Shown one piece after another: positions 17,704 through 28,224 of a stretch of 64,000 nucleotides of DNA. The notes beneath the pieces are model-generated. The model did no database searches, was not told the DNA's origin, and saw only the letters and a list, made by a program, of their open reading frames with translations. The stretch is from Acidobacteriota bacterium. GTDB lineage: Bacteria; Acidobacteriota; Vicinamibacteria; Fen-336. Each line of letters opens with the position of its first letter. Within the stretch, counting starts at the first letter, position 1. The position numbers and the translations under genes are program-made. Where the stretch lies: the NCBI GenBank assembly GCA_011526565.1, contig WYBL01000086.1, forward strand, positions 22,219 to 86,218, read 5' to 3'.

Positions 17704-20406
17704 ATGGCCTCCCCCCGCAGGACGGTGCACCTCGTCGACGGCAGCGCGCAGTTCCACCGCGCGTACTTCGCGATCCGCGGCCTCGCCACCAGCCGCGGCC
17801 TGCCGACCAACGCGACCTACGGCTTCACGACGATGCTCGAGAAGCTGATCGCCGACGAGCAGCCGAGCCACCTGGCGATCGTCTTCGACGCGCCCGGCCC
17901 CACCTTCCGCGACGAGATGTTCGCGGACTACAAGGCCAACCGGCCGAAGATGGACGACGAGCTGGCGGTCCAGTTTCCGTACGTGCGCAGGGTCTGCGAC
18001 GCCTTCGCCATCCCGGTGATCGAGGAGCCCGGGGTCGAGGCCGACGACGTGATCGCGACCCTCGCCCGCCACGCCGTGGCACAGGGCTTCCGCGTGGTCG
18101 TCGTCACCGCCGACAAGGACCTGCTGCAGCTCGTCGACGGCGACGTGCAGGTGCTGAACCCGGGGCGCGAGGGCTCGGGCGCCACGCTGTTCGACGCGGC
18201 GGCCGTCGAGGAGAAGTGGGGCGTGCGGCCGGAGCAGATCGCCGACGTGCTGGCGCTGATGGGCGACGCCGTCGACAACGTGCCCGGAGTGCCGGGCATC
18301 GGCGAAAAAGGCGCGCGCGACCTGATCCGCGAGCACGGCTCGCTGGAGGCGCTGCTGGAGCGCGCGGCGGAGGTCAAGCGCAAGGCCTATCGCGAGGGGC
18401 TGCTGGCCCACGCCGAAGACGCGCGGCTGTCGAAGCGGCTGGTCACGCTGCGCGCCGACGTGCCGGTGGCCTTCGAGCCCGACGCGCTGCGGGTGCGCCC
18501 GGTCGACAACGCGCTGGCGAGCGCCTTGTTCAAGGAGCTCGAGTTCGTCGCCCTCGCCCGCAAGTACGCCGCACCCGCGGCCGAACGCGCGCCGGTCGCC
18601 GTCGAGCTCGCGCGTGGGCCGCAGGACGTCGCCGCCGCGGTGAAGGCGGCCGCGAAGGCGGGTCGCTTCGCGCTGGCACTGGTGCCGACCGCTTCCCAGG
18701 CGATGCGCGCGAAGGTGATGGGCCTCGCGCTCGCCTCGTCGCCCGAGCGCGCGCTGTACGTGCCACTCGCCCACGCCGCGGCTCCCGCGAAAGGGCAGGG
18801 CGACCTGTTCGGCGCCCCGTCGAAAGAGGAGGGCGACGCGAAGGCGATGCTCGCGGCGCTGCGCCCGCTGTTCGGCGCCTCGTGCGAGTACGTCTCGGCC
18901 CAGGCCAAGCGCGACCGGGTGCTGCTCGGCCGGCTCGGCCTGGAGGACGCGGGCGCCTCGTTCGATGCGCTGGTGGCCGCGTTCCTGCTCAACCCCGGCC
19001 GCCGCGCGTATCCGCTCGAGGACCTCGAGCGCGAGGTGCTGGGCGAAGACCGCACGCCGGCCGCGCCGGGCGACGTCGCGGCGCTGACGCCCGAGGCCGC
19101 GGCCGCGCTGGCGGCGGAAGAGGCGGCGCTGGTGCTGCGCCTGGTCGAACCCGTGCGCGCGCGGCTCGCCGAAGAGGGGCTCGCGGAGATCCACGAGACG
19201 CTGGAGCTGGCGCTGATCCCGGCTCTCGCCGACATGGAGCGCGCGGGCGTCAAGATCGACAGCGCCCACCTCGCGGCGATGAGCCGGGAGATGGACGAGC
19301 AGCTCCAGGCGCTGGTCGCGCAGATCCACGAGGCGGCGGGCGGCGAGTTCAACGTCAACTCGCCGCCGCAACTGCGCGAGGTGCTGTTCGACAAGCTCGG
19401 CCTCAAGTCGGGCAAGAAGACCGCCAAGACCCGCGAGGCCAGCACCGCCGAAGACGTGCTCGAGGAGCTGGCCGACCAGCACCCGCTGCCGCGGCTGATC
19501 CTCGACTACCGGGCGATCCAGAAGCTGAAGGGCACCTACGTCGACGCGCTCCCGGCGATGGTCGACCCGGACACCGGGCGCATCCACACGACCTTCCACC
19601 AGACCGGCGCGGCGACCGGCCGGCTGTCGACCTCGGACCCGGGGCTGCAGAACATCCCGATCCGCACGGCGCTCGGCCGCCGCATCCGCCAGGCGTTCGT
19701 CGCCGAGCCAGGCCACCTGCTGGTCAGCGCGGACTACAGCCAGATCGAGCTGCGGGTACTGGCCCACCTGTCGCAGGACCCGATCCTGATCGACACCTTC
19801 CGTCGTGGCGAAGACGTCCACGACCGCACCGCGCGCGAGGTCTTCGGCGAGCTCTCGGGCGTGCCGAAGGACGAGCAGCGGCGGGTCGCGAAGATGGTCA
19901 ACTACGCGCTGCTCTACGGCAAGACCGCGTTCTCGCTGGCCAAGGACCTCGGCGTCCCGCGCAAGGAGGCGGAGGGCTTCATCGAGGCCTACTTCGCGCG
20001 CTACCCCAAGGTGCGCGGCTTCATCGACGACACGCTCGCGACCGCGCGCGAGACCGGCTGCGTGCGCACCCTGCTCGGCCGGCTGCGGCGCCTGCCCGAC
20101 ATCCGCTCGAAGAACTTCCCGGTGCGCGCCGAGGCCGAGCGCCAGGCGATGAACACGCCCGTGCAGGGCTCTGCGGCGGACCTGATCAAGAAGGCGATGA
20201 TCGACCTGCGGCTGCGGCTGCGGGCGGAGAAGCTGCGCACGCGGCTGATCCTGCAGATCCACGACGAGCTGCTGCTGGAGGCCCCCGAGCCGGAGGCCGA
20301 GCGCGCCCTGGCGCTGGTCAAGGACGTGATGGAGCACGCGCTCGCCCTCGACGTCCCGCTCGAGGTCGACGCCCGCATCGGCCGCACCTGGGACGAGGCG
20401 CACTGA
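17704..20406 (+). CDS. polA: DNA polymerase I
   Basis: 900 aa; 5'-3' exonuclease N-domain (VHLVDGSAQFHRAYFA...), Klenow-like polymerase motifs (RRxxKxxNFGxxYG, YSQIELR, QIHDELL). Confidence 0.97.
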   Translation: MASPRRTVHLVDGSAQFHRAYFAIRGLATSRGLPTNATYGFTTMLEKLIADEQPSHLAIVFDAPGPTFRDEMFADYKANRPKMDDELAVQFPYVRRVCDAFAIPVIEEPGVEADDVIATLARHAVAQGFRVVVVTADKDLLQLVDGDVQVLNPGREGSGATLFDAAAVEEKWGVRPEQIADVLALMGDAVDNVPGVPGIGEKGARDLIREHGSLEALLERAAEVKRKAYREGLLAHAEDARLSKRLVTLRADVPVAFEPDALRVRPVDNALASALFKELEFVALARKYAAPAAERAPVAVELARGPQDVAAAVKAAAKAGRFALALVPTASQAMRAKVMGLALASSPERALYVPLAHAAAPAKGQGDLFGAPSKEEGDAKAMLAALRPLFGASCEYVSAQAKRDRVLLGRLGLEDAGASFDALVAAFLLNPGRRAYPLEDLEREVLGEDRTPAAPGDVAALTPEAAAALAAEEAALVLRLVEPVRARLAEEGLAEIHETLELALIPALADMERAGVKIDSAHLAAMSREMDEQLQALVAQIHEAAGGEFNVNSPPQLREVLFDKLGLKSGKKTAKTREASTAEDVLEELADQHPLPRLILDYRAIQKLKGTYVDALPAMVDPDTGRIHTTFHQTGAATGRLSTSDPGLQNIPIRTALGRRIRQAFVAEPGHLLVSADYSQIELRVLAHLSQDPILIDTFRRGEDVHDRTAREVFGELSGVPKDEQRRVAKMVNYALLYGKTAFSLAKDLGVPRKEAEGFIEAYFARYPKVRGFIDDTLATARETGCVRTLLGRLRRLPDIRSKNFPVRAEAERQAMNTPVQGSAADLIKKAMIDLRLRLRAEKLRTRLILQIHDELLLEAPEPEAERALALVKDVMEHALALDVPLEVDARIGRTWDEAH

Positions 20407-20413
20407 CCGGGTT

Positions 20414-20440
20414 CCGGGGCCGACGTGAAGTCGGCCCCGG
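20414..20440 (+). terminator. Stem-loop after polA (11-bp perfect stem CCGGGGCCGAC, loop GTGAA), candidate intrinsic terminator
   Basis: Perfect hairpin 8 nt after the polA stop; no U-tract (expected in high-GC genomes). Confidence 0.5.
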
Positions 20441-20508
20441 TCCCGCGGGGGCTACGTCGCGAACGGACGCTCCTCCGCCCCCGCACCCCCAGGGGTTCCG
20501 TCCCGCTT

Positions 20509-20559
20509 AGCACTCTCCGGGGGAGAGTGCTTGACGGCGCCCGGCCCGCTGCCTACTCT
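20509..20559 (+). promoter_or_regulatory. Perfect 10-bp inverted repeat AGCACTCTCC-GGG-GGAGAGTGCT abutting a putative -35 TTGACG / 17 nt / -10 TACTCT promoter for the downstream zinc-ribbon gene
   Basis: Palindrome 20509-20531, TTGACG 20531-20536, TACTCT 20554-20559; gene start at 20582. Confidence 0.4.
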
Positions 20560-20581
20560 ATTCGTCCGGGGAGGTATTGCC

Positions 20582-20878
20582 GTGCCGCTCTACGAGTACC
20601 AGTGCCCGTCCTGTGGCACGTTCGAAGTGATCCAGAAGTTCTCCGACGCCGCGCTCACCCAGTGCCCGACGTGTCAGGGCGCCGTCGAAAAGCTGATCTC
20701 CGCCTCGGCCTTCCACCTGAAGGGCGCGGGCTGGTACATCACCGACTACGCCCGCAAGGGGAAGACCGGCGGCGAGTCGAAGTCCACGTCGGAGAGCAAG
20801 CCGGAGAGCAAGACCGAGTCGAAGCCCGATTCGTCGTCGACTTCCACCTCGACCCCCGCAGCCGCCACGACCGCCTAG
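20582..20878 (+). CDS. FmdB-family zinc-ribbon regulatory protein with Ser/Lys-rich tail
   Basis: [12 protein letters not shown]...CPTC signature; GTG start preceded by GGGGAGG. Confidence 0.75.
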   Translation: MPLYEYQCPSCGTFEVIQKFSDAALTQCPTCQGAVEKLISASAFHLKGAGWYITDYARKGKTGGESKSTSESKPESKTESKPDSSSTSTSTPAAATTA

Positions 20879-20960
20879 CCGCACCGAGGGTGTAGGATCC
20901 CTCTGGTCGCTCCCGGGTTCTCCGGGGGCCGGCTCGACGTCCAACCGGGATATCGCCACC

Positions 20961-22511
20961 ATGAGCCTCGAGCGCAAGATCCTCGAGCTGGCCCACCTGC
21001 GACAGACCGCCCAGCGCGCCGGGGGCGAGTCTCGCGTCAAGAAGCAGCACGAGCAGGGCAAGTACACCGCCCGCGAACGCCTCGAGAAGCTGCTCGACGA
21101 GGGCAGCTTCGAGGAGTTCGACGCCTTCGTCACCCACCGCTGCACCGACTTCGGCATGGAGAAGGAGCAGCCGCCGGGCGACGGCGTGATCACCGGCCAC
21201 GGCACCGTCAACGGCCGCCTGGTGTTCGTGTTCAGCCAGGACTTCACCGTGTTCGGCGGCAGCCTGTCGAAGGCCTACGCCGAGAAGATCTGCAAGGTGA
21301 TGGACCTGGCCGTCAAGGTCGGCGCGCCGATCGTCGGCCTCAACGACTCCGGCGGCGCCCGCATCCAGGAGGGCGTCGACGCGCTGGCCGGCTACTCCGA
21401 CATCTTCCTGCGCAACGTGATGGCCTCGGGCGTCGTGCCCCAGCTCAGCCTGGTGCTGGGGCCGTGCGCGGGCGGCGCGGTGTACAGCCCCGCGATCACC
21501 GACTTCGTGGGGATGACCCGCGGCACCAGCTACATGTTCCTGACCGGCCCCAAGGTCGTGGAGCAGGTGACGCGCGAAAAGGTGACGACCGAAGAACTCG
21601 GTGGCGCCGACGTGCACGGCGGCCGCAGCGGCGTCGCCCACTTCGTCTCCGCGAACGAGGACGAGGCGCTCTCGCTGGTGCGGCGGCTGCTCTCCTTCCT
21701 GCCGCAGAACTACCAGGAAAAGCCGCCGCTGCAGCCGTGCGACGACCCGCTCGACCGGCCCGTCCCGGAGCTCAACGCCGTGCTGCCGGAGAGCCCCAAC
21801 CGCCCCTACGACGTGAAGGACGTGATCCACGCGATCGTCGACGGCGCCGAATTCCTCGAGGTCCACGGGGCGTGGGCGCAGAACCTGGTCGTCGGCTTCG
21901 CCCGCTTCGGCGGCCGCGCCGTCGGCATCGTCGCCAACCAGCCGAAGGTGATGGCGGGCGTGCTCGACAACGCCGCCTCGATCAAGGGCGCGCGCTTCGT
22001 GCGCTTCTGCGACGCGTTCAACATCCCGCTCGTCACCCTCGAGGACGTGCCCGGCTTCATGCCCGGCACGGCGCAGGAGTACGGCGGCATCATCCGCAAC
22101 GGCGCGAAGCTCCTGTTCGCCTTCGCCGAGGCGACGGTGCCGAAGGTGACCGTGATCCTGCGCAAGGCCTACGGCGGCGCCTACTGCGTGATGAGCTCGA
22201 AGCACCTGCGCGGCGACGTCAACTACGCGTGGCCCACGGCCGAGATCGCGGTGATGGGGCCCGACGGCGCGGTCGAGATCCTGTACCGCAAGGAGCTCGC
22301 CGGCGCCGAAGACGTCGAGGCGCGGGCCGCGGAGCTGAAGGAGCGCTACGCCAGCCTGTTCGCGACGCCGTACGTCGCGGCCCGCAAGGGCTACGTCGAC
22401 GACGTGATCGAGCCGGCGACGACCCGCTTCCGGATCGCGCGCGCGCTCGAGGTGCTGGCCGACAAGCGCGACCGCAACCCCGACCGCCGCCACACCAACA
22501 TCCCGCTCTGA
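20961..22511 (+). CDS. Acyl-CoA carboxyltransferase subunit (methylmalonyl-CoA decarboxylase alpha / propionyl-CoA carboxylase beta family)
   Basis: 516 aa, strong PccB/MmdA-like sequence throughout. Confidence 0.95.
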   Translation: MSLERKILELAHLRQTAQRAGGESRVKKQHEQGKYTARERLEKLLDEGSFEEFDAFVTHRCTDFGMEKEQPPGDGVITGHGTVNGRLVFVFSQDFTVFGGSLSKAYAEKICKVMDLAVKVGAPIVGLNDSGGARIQEGVDALAGYSDIFLRNVMASGVVPQLSLVLGPCAGGAVYSPAITDFVGMTRGTSYMFLTGPKVVEQVTREKVTTEELGGADVHGGRSGVAHFVSANEDEALSLVRRLLSFLPQNYQEKPPLQPCDDPLDRPVPELNAVLPESPNRPYDVKDVIHAIVDGAEFLEVHGAWAQNLVVGFARFGGRAVGIVANQPKVMAGVLDNAASIKGARFVRFCDAFNIPLVTLEDVPGFMPGTAQEYGGIIRNGAKLLFAFAEATVPKVTVILRKAYGGAYCVMSSKHLRGDVNYAWPTAEIAVMGPDGAVEILYRKELAGAEDVEARAAELKERYASLFATPYVAARKGYVDDVIEPATTRFRIARALEVLADKRDRNPDRRHTNIPL

Positions 22512-22513
22512 CG

Positions 22514-22828
22514 ATGACGGCCGCCGAGGCGTGGACCGTCACCGGGCTGGGGATGGCGGTGACGTTCCTCGGCCTCGCGATCTGCATCGGCTTCATCCGG
22601 CTCTTCGGCGTGCTCGCGCGCCACGTCGGCGAGGCAGAGCCGCACGGCGCCGGGGCGCCGCCGGCTGCCGCGCCAGCCGTTGCCGCGCCGCCGCCTCCGC
22701 CACCCGCGGAGCCCGTGCCCGCGCCGGTGCTGGCGGTGATCGCCACCGTGCTCGACATCGAGCGCGCGCTCTACATGAACCGGCCCGGGTCCCGGGTCAC
22801 CATCCGGCGCACCGCGCCGCGGCCCTGA
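22514..22828 (+). CDS. OadG/MmdD-like small membrane subunit of Na+-translocating decarboxylase (Pro/Ala-rich tail)
   Basis: N-terminal TM helix MTAAEAWTVTGLGMAVTFLGLAICIGFIRLF, position between carboxyltransferase and BCCP. Confidence 0.55.
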   Translation: MTAAEAWTVTGLGMAVTFLGLAICIGFIRLFGVLARHVGEAEPHGAGAPPAAAPAVAAPPPPPPAEPVPAPVLAVIATVLDIERALYMNRPGSRVTIRRTAPRP

Positions 22829-22847
22829 GAGAGGCCGGGGGACGCCC

Positions 22848-23342
22848 ATGAGCCAGCACGTGCTTCGCATCGCCGGCCGCGAGTACCGCGCGGAGGTCAA
22901 GGACCTCTCGCCCGAGCGGGCGACCGTCGTCGTCGACGGCGTCGAGTACGCCGTCGACCTGGTCCAGCTCGGCCGCCGCGCGGTCGAGGCGGTGCGCCCG
23001 GTGGCCGCCGCCGTTCCGCCGCCGGCTGCCGCGCCCGCGGCCACCGCCCCGGCGCCTGCGGCGCCGCCTGCGCCTGCGGCCTCGCGCCCGGCCGCGGCGA
23101 CCCGCGGCGAAGGCGGCGTGGTCGCGCCGATGCCGGGTCTCGTGCTCAAGATCCACGTGCGCGAAGGCGACGCGGTGAGCGCCGGGCAGACGCTGCTGGT
23201 GATGGAGGCGATGAAGATGGAGAACGCGGTCGCCTCGGCCTACGCAGGCACGGTGGCCCGCGTGTACGTGCGCGAAGGCGACGCGATCGCCGAGGGCGAC
23301 CTGCTGGTCCAGGTCTCGCGCCCGCAGCTCACCACGCTCTGA
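22848..23342 (+). CDS. Biotin carboxyl carrier protein (biotinyl domain)
   Basis: C-terminal biotinylation motif EAMKMEN; Ala/Pro linker. Confidence 0.9.
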   Translation: MSQHVLRIAGREYRAEVKDLSPERATVVVDGVEYAVDLVQLGRRAVEAVRPVAAAVPPPAAAPAATAPAPAAPPAPAASRPAAATRGEGGVVAPMPGLVLKIHVREGDAVSAGQTLLVMEAMKMENAVASAYAGTVARVYVREGDAIAEGDLLVQVSRPQLTTL

Positions 23343-23351
23343 GGAGGCGCC

Positions 23352-25073
23352 GTGAAGGGTCTCGCGCTGCGCCTCGTGATCGTGCTCGCCGTGCTCGGGG
23401 TCGGCCTGGCCTCCGCCGACGACCGGCCCCGCTTCGGCGTGACCTTCGAGCCGGGCGCCGTCTACCTCCGCATCCACAAGGGCACCCGCGACGGCCTGCG
23501 CAACGACTACATGGGCCCGGCCGCCACCCGCGGCCTGGTGCGCGACGCGCAGGAGCGCGAGATCGGCACGTTCGTCACCGTGTACGCCGACGACTTCGAG
23601 GCGGTCGTGCGGGCCGAGTTCGCGCCGGGCCAGGGGCTCACGGCCGCCGACCACGTCGCGGTGCCGGAGCTGCAGCTCGCCTTCGTGCCGTTCCAGGTCG
23701 AGCCCGCCGGCGCCTACTTCCGGATCGACAAGGGCCGCGCCGAGCTCCCGGTGCTCAAGCGCGCGGCCAAGGGCCAGTTGTGGGACGCCCAGGGCCGCGT
23801 GGTCGCCATCTACACCGTGGTCACGGTCGCCGAGCACCAGAGCCTCGGCTACGTCACCCAGTTCGCGGCGGGCGCGTTCGCCCACGACGTGAAGGGCGGC
23901 CACGTGGCCGGCTACCTCGACCAGGTCGTGCAGGGCAGCGGCATCGCCAACCTGACCGCGGGCCACCTGGTGATGATCGCGATCGGCCTGCTGTTCATCT
24001 GGCTGGCGATCGCGAAGGACTACGAGCCGCTGCTGCTGGTGCCGATCGGCTTCGGCATCCTGGTCGGCAACGTGCCGCTGCCGCTGTCGATCTTCAACAG
24101 CGTCTCGCTGTACATGATCGACCCGGTGTCGCGCGAGTACGTGTTCAACCAGAGCGGCAACAGCGTGCTGGGGATCATCTACTACGGCGTGCGCGCGGGC
24201 GTGTTCCCGCCGCTCATCTTCCTCGGCATCGGCGCGCTGACCGACTTCCAGGCGCTCCTGTCCAACCCGCGCAGCCTGCTGCTGGGCGCCGCCGCCCAGA
24301 TCGGCATCTTCGCCACCTTCCTCGGCGCGCTGTGGCTCGGCTTCTCGCCGCAGAGCGCGGCCGCGATCGGCATCATCGGCGGCGCCGACGGCCCGACGGC
24401 CATCTTCACCGCGTCCCGCCTGGCCCCCGCCCTGATCGGCCCGATCGCGATCGCCGCCTACAGCTACATGGCGATGGTGCCGATCATCCAGCCGCCGATC
24501 ATGAAGCTCCTGACCACGCGCGAGGAGCGGCTGATCCGCATGAAGCCCGGGCGCAAGGTGTCGCGCTTCGAGAAGATCGCGTTCCCGGTGATGGGCCTGC
24601 TGGCCACGACGCTGCTGGCGCCGGGCGGCCTGCCGCTGCTCGGCATGCTGTTCTTCGGCAACCTGCTCAAGGAGTCGGGCGTCACCGGGCGGCTGGCCAA
24701 GACCGCGTCGTCGGCGCTGCTCGACTCGTGCACGATCCTGCTCGGCCTGGCGGTCGGCGCCTCGACCGCCGCGGACGTGTTCCTCACCCCGCAGTCGGTG
24801 ATGATCTTCGTGCTCGGCTGCCTGGCCTTCGCGTCGGCCACCGCCGGCGGCGTGCTGTTCGCCAAGCTGATGAACGTCTTCTCGGCCGACAAGGTGAACC
24901 CGCTGATCGGCGCCGCGGGCGTCTCGGCCGTGCCCGACTCCGCCCGCGTCGTGCACCAGGTGGGCCAGGCGGAGGACCCGGGCAACTACCTGCTCCAGCA
25001 CGCGATGGGACCCAACGTCGCGGGCGTGATCGGCTCGGCGCTGGCGGCCGGCGTGTTCCTCGGCCTGTTCTGA
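23352..25073 (+). CDS. Na+-translocating decarboxylase beta subunit (OadB/MmdB/GcdB) with about 185-aa N-terminal signal-peptide-bearing extension
   Basis: OadB-like sequence from about residue 185 (LTAGHLVMIAIGLLFIWLAIAKDYEPLLLVPIGFG...); GTG start with GAGGAGG RBS; extension has signal peptide MKGLALRLVIVLAVLGVGLASA. Confidence 0.88.
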   Translation: MKGLALRLVIVLAVLGVGLASADDRPRFGVTFEPGAVYLRIHKGTRDGLRNDYMGPAATRGLVRDAQEREIGTFVTVYADDFEAVVRAEFAPGQGLTAADHVAVPELQLAFVPFQVEPAGAYFRIDKGRAELPVLKRAAKGQLWDAQGRVVAIYTVVTVAEHQSLGYVTQFAAGAFAHDVKGGHVAGYLDQVVQGSGIANLTAGHLVMIAIGLLFIWLAIAKDYEPLLLVPIGFGILVGNVPLPLSIFNSVSLYMIDPVSREYVFNQSGNSVLGIIYYGVRAGVFPPLIFLGIGALTDFQALLSNPRSLLLGAAAQIGIFATFLGALWLGFSPQSAAAIGIIGGADGPTAIFTASRLAPALIGPIAIAAYSYMAMVPIIQPPIMKLLTTREERLIRMKPGRKVSRFEKIAFPVMGLLATTLLAPGGLPLLGMLFFGNLLKESGVTGRLAKTASSALLDSCTILLGLAVGASTAADVFLTPQSVMIFVLGCLAFASATAGGVLFAKLMNVFSADKVNPLIGAAGVSAVPDSARVVHQVGQAEDPGNYLLQHAMGPNVAGVIGSALAAGVFLGLF

Positions 25074-25084
25074 CGGGAGGTCCC

Positions 25085-26005
25085 ATGTCGCAGATCGTCT
25101 CCGTCGTCCCCAACATCTCCGAGGGTCGCGACGCGGCGTTCGTCGACTCGCTGCGCGAGAGGCTGGAGCGGGTGGCCGGCCTGGTCGTGCTCGACGTGTC
25201 GATGGACCAGGTCCGCAACCGCACGATCTTCTCCTTCACCGGCTCCCGCGAGGCGCTGTTCGAGGGCGGCTTCATCGTCTACGAGGCGACGCTCGGCCAC
25301 GTCGACATGCGCCACCACCAGGGCGAGTACCCGCGCATCGGCGCCGTCGACGTGTTCCCCTTCGTGGCGCTGCGCGACGCGCCGATGGCGATGACCGTCG
25401 ACTGGTCGGTGCAGTTCGCCGAAGAAGTCGCGCGGCGCTTCGAACTGCCCGTCTACTTGTTCGCCGAGTCGGCGCGCACGAAGCTGCGGCGCGACGTGGA
25501 GAACATCCGCGAGGGCGAGTACGAGGGCTTCGCGGAGAAGATGCTGGACCCGGCCTGGAAGCCGGATTTCGGCCCCGACCGCTTCCCGCTCGACAAGGGG
25601 GCGACCATCATCGGCGCGCGGCTGCCGCTGGTGAACTTCAAGGCCTACCTGACGACGCCGCTCGAGGAGGCCGCGGAGCGCGTCGCCGACGTGCTGTCCG
25701 ACCCGGCCACCGGGATGACCGGCGTGCACTTCTACCCGGCGCTCGACCGCACCCGCAACCAGGCGCTGCTCAACATCACCGTCGCCAACTTCCAGGCGAC
25801 GCCGCTGTATCGCATCCTGGAGGCGGTCAAGACCGAGCTGCGCCGCTTCGGCGCCGGGGTCAGCCGGGTCGAGGTCGTCGGCCTGGTGCCGGAGCAGGCG
25901 CTCTTCGACTCGGCCGAGCACTACCTGCAACTGTTCGGCTTCGCGGCGGCCGACGACGTGCTCGAGAACCGCCTCGAGCAGATCCTGCAGCAGCGCGCGC
26001 GCTGA
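25085..26005 (+). CDS. Glutamate formimidoyltransferase-like (formiminotransferase domain) protein
   Basis: 306 aa; FtcD N-terminal-domain-like sequence (VPNISEGRD...). Confidence 0.8.
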   Translation: MSQIVSVVPNISEGRDAAFVDSLRERLERVAGLVVLDVSMDQVRNRTIFSFTGSREALFEGGFIVYEATLGHVDMRHHQGEYPRIGAVDVFPFVALRDAPMAMTVDWSVQFAEEVARRFELPVYLFAESARTKLRRDVENIREGEYEGFAEKMLDPAWKPDFGPDRFPLDKGATIIGARLPLVNFKAYLTTPLEEAAERVADVLSDPATGMTGVHFYPALDRTRNQALLNITVANFQATPLYRILEAVKTELRRFGAGVSRVEVVGLVPEQALFDSAEHYLQLFGFAAADDVLENRLEQILQQRAR

Positions 26006-26042
26006 GCGAACTACGGCAGCCGCCACAGCATCAGCGCGACGG

Positions 26043-26078
26043 CCTGGCGTCGGGTGGCCGGAGCCACCCGTCGCCAGG
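26043..26078. terminator. Bidirectional hairpin between convergent genes (15-bp stem, one mismatch)
   Basis: CCTGGCGTCGGGTGG-ccggag-CCACCCGTCGCCAGG between gene ends at 26005 and 26088. Confidence 0.5.
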
Positions 26079-26087
26079 CACGCCGCG

Positions 26088-27065
26088 CTACTTCAGGCCA
26101 GCGTCACACGACTGGATCTCGAAGCTGTAGTTGCAGCTCACGGGGCCGGAGTTGCTCTGCACGACGATCCGCAAGCCAGCTCCGGCGGGGACCACGAACG
26201 AGAAGGGTCCGTCGAGACTCGACCCGATGTCCCCCAGATAGCCCGAGGACAGGTCGGCGGGGTTGAAGGCGCCCGAGTAGGCCAGCGCGTGGGCAGCGGT
26301 GCTGCAGTCTCCGTCGTCCCAGTTCACGGTGACGCAGGAGTCCGCGGCGCCGACGGGGCCCACGTTGTGAACCGTGTAGGTGTTCTCCGCGCCGGTGGTT
26401 CCCGGGAACGCCTTGCCCCCGCAGGTCGAAGGCACGCCGTCGCGGAACAGCCGGGTGACCATCGTCGGCCCGGTGGCGGAGAGCGAGCCGCTCACGATGC
26501 CGGCCGGACACGCGAGTTCCTCCTCGGGTGGACCGGGGTTGATCGCGTAGACCTTGCAGACCTCGCCGTCCGCCTGGCGGTCGGAGACGCACACCTTGGC
26601 GGACGACGGCACGAAGTACGTGTGGTCCGCGCGGCAAGTGCCCCGGAAGTCGACGATGCCGTCGTTGTCGAAGTCGAACGTGTAGCGGAGCTGGTCCCCC
26701 GGGTCGGGGTCGGTCGAGCGGCAGAGGTTGAAGCTCACCGTCAGCGGGAAGTAGCCGTTGATCTCGCCCAGTGCGTTGGCGGCCGGCCTGGTCTTGAACA
26801 CGCCGGTCGGCGCGGCGAGAGCGCCCACGCCCCCGGTCGGCGCGCCGGCCCCCACCGGGGTCGCGCCGATGTCGTTGGGGCTGCCCAGCGCGATCGCCGT
26901 CGTCGCCGCCGCCCCAGCCGTCCCGCCCTCGCCCGTCGCCGGCACTCCCGGCCGGTGCGACGGCCCGGAAGGGCTCGAACACGCCACGCACGACAGGGTC
27001 GCAAAGAACGCCACGATGCGCCCGAAACGTCTGTTCAGTCGCAGCATCACTGTCCTCCTGGACAA
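26088..27065 (-). CDS. Secreted/lipoprotein of unknown function (Cys-rich, Gly/Thr-rich N-terminal region)
   Basis: Signal peptide with LSCVACSS lipobox-like site; 325 aa; 10+ cysteines. Confidence 0.55.
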   Translation of the reverse strand: MSRRTVMLRLNRRFGRIVAFFATLSCVACSSPSGPSHRPGVPATGEGGTAGAAATTAIALGSPNDIGATPVGAGAPTGGVGALAAPTGVFKTRPAANALGEINGYFPLTVSFNLCRSTDPDPGDQLRYTFDFDNDGIVDFRGTCRADHTYFVPSSAKVCVSDRQADGEVCKVYAINPGPPEEELACPAGIVSGSLSATGPTMVTRLFRDGVPSTCGGKAFPGTTGAENTYTVHNVGPVGAADSCVTVNWDDGDCSTAAHALAYSGAFNPADLSSGYLGDIGSSLDGPFSFVVPAGAGLRIVVQSNSGPVSCNYSFEIQSCDAGLK

Positions 27066-27258
27066 GTTGCCGCGGAGTCTAGGCCCGCCTGTCCCAGGCG
27101 GTGCTCAAAGCAGTTTTCAATTGGACGTCAAAGCAGTCCACCCGGGCCCTTCGCGTGCTCGAGGAGCGCGGCCCTCGGACGCGGCCTCCAACGCCCCCAG
27201 GTCGGGCGTGCCCATGTCGATCAGCGCGGCGAACCCGGTCGCGGGCCGCCCCGGCCGC

Positions 27259-28137
27259 CTAGAGCTTCAGGCCCTTCAGGTACTCGCGGAAGGGGCCGCC
27301 GAGGTCCTCGCGCTGCAGCGCGAACTCGACCGTCGCCTGCAGGAAGCCGAGCTTGTTGCCGGCGTCGTGGCGGCGGCCGTCGAAGCGGTAGCCGTAGAGC
27401 GGGCGGCGGCCGGCCAGCACCCGCAGGCCGTTGGTGAGCTGGATCTCGCCGCCCTTGTCGCGCGGCGTCTTGTCCAGGATCTCGAAGATGTCGGGGGTCA
27501 GCACGTAGCGGCCGATGATCGCGAGGTCGGACGGCGCTTCCGCGGCCCGCGGCTTCTCGACCATGTCCGAGACCCGCCACAGCCGCTCGTCTTCGGCGTC
27601 CTGGCTGCCGGCGATCACGCCGTAGGCGGAGATCTCGCTGCGCGGCACCTGCTGCACGGCGATCACCGGCGCGCCGCCGCGCGCTTCGTGGGCGTCGAGC
27701 ATCTGGCGCAGGCACGGCTTGTGCGGCGCGTCGATGATGTCGTCGCCGAGCATCACCGCGAACGGCTCGTCGCCCACCAGTTCGCGCGCCATCAGCACCG
27801 CGTGGCCGAGGCCGAGCGTCTCCTTCTGGCGCACGTAGGCGACGTCGATCATGTTCGAGATCGCCCGCACCTGCTCCAGCAGGTCGGTCTTGCCGCGCTC
27901 CTCGAGCAGCTTCTCGAGCTCGTAGGAGACGTCGAAGTGGTCCTCGATCGCGTTCTTGCCGCGCCCGGTGACGATGATCAGGTGGGTCAGGCCGGAGGCG
28001 ATCGCCTCCTCGACCACGTACTGGATCAGCGGCTTGTCGACGAGCGGCAGCATCTCCTTCGGCTGCGCCTTGGTCGCGGGCAGGAAGCGGGTGCCGAGGC
28101 CGGCGGCAGGAAACACGGCCTTGCGGATCTTGTGCAT
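27259..28137 (-). CDS. galU: UTP--glucose-1-phosphate uridylyltransferase
   Basis: [32 protein letters not shown]-terminal signature, 292 aa; upstream part of the 731-aa ORF is artefact. Confidence 0.92.
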   Translation of the reverse strand: MHKIRKAVFPAAGLGTRFLPATKAQPKEMLPLVDKPLIQYVVEEAIASGLTHLIIVTGRGKNAIEDHFDVSYELEKLLEERGKTDLLEQVRAISNMIDVAYVRQKETLGLGHAVLMARELVGDEPFAVMLGDDIIDAPHKPCLRQMLDAHEARGGAPVIAVQQVPRSEISAYGVIAGSQDAEDERLWRVSDMVEKPRAAEAPSDLAIIGRYVLTPDIFEILDKTPRDKGGEIQLTNGLRVLAGRRPLYGYRFDGRRHDAGNKLGFLQATVEFALQREDLGGPFREYLKGLKL

Positions 28138-28224
28138 GTCCCCGCGATCGTAACATCGGGGTCCGACGCCGGGCGGGTTCCGAACCCCTCGGGCTATGAT
28201 CGCCGCCCTGCGAGAGGTCGAAAC

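Noticed and set aside
17674-20403. 909-aa minus-strand ORF and 764-aa plus-strand alternative-frame ORF over polA
   Set aside because: They are antisense or alternative-frame shadows of the polA gene. Low-complexity Arg/Ala-rich translations are a GC artefact.
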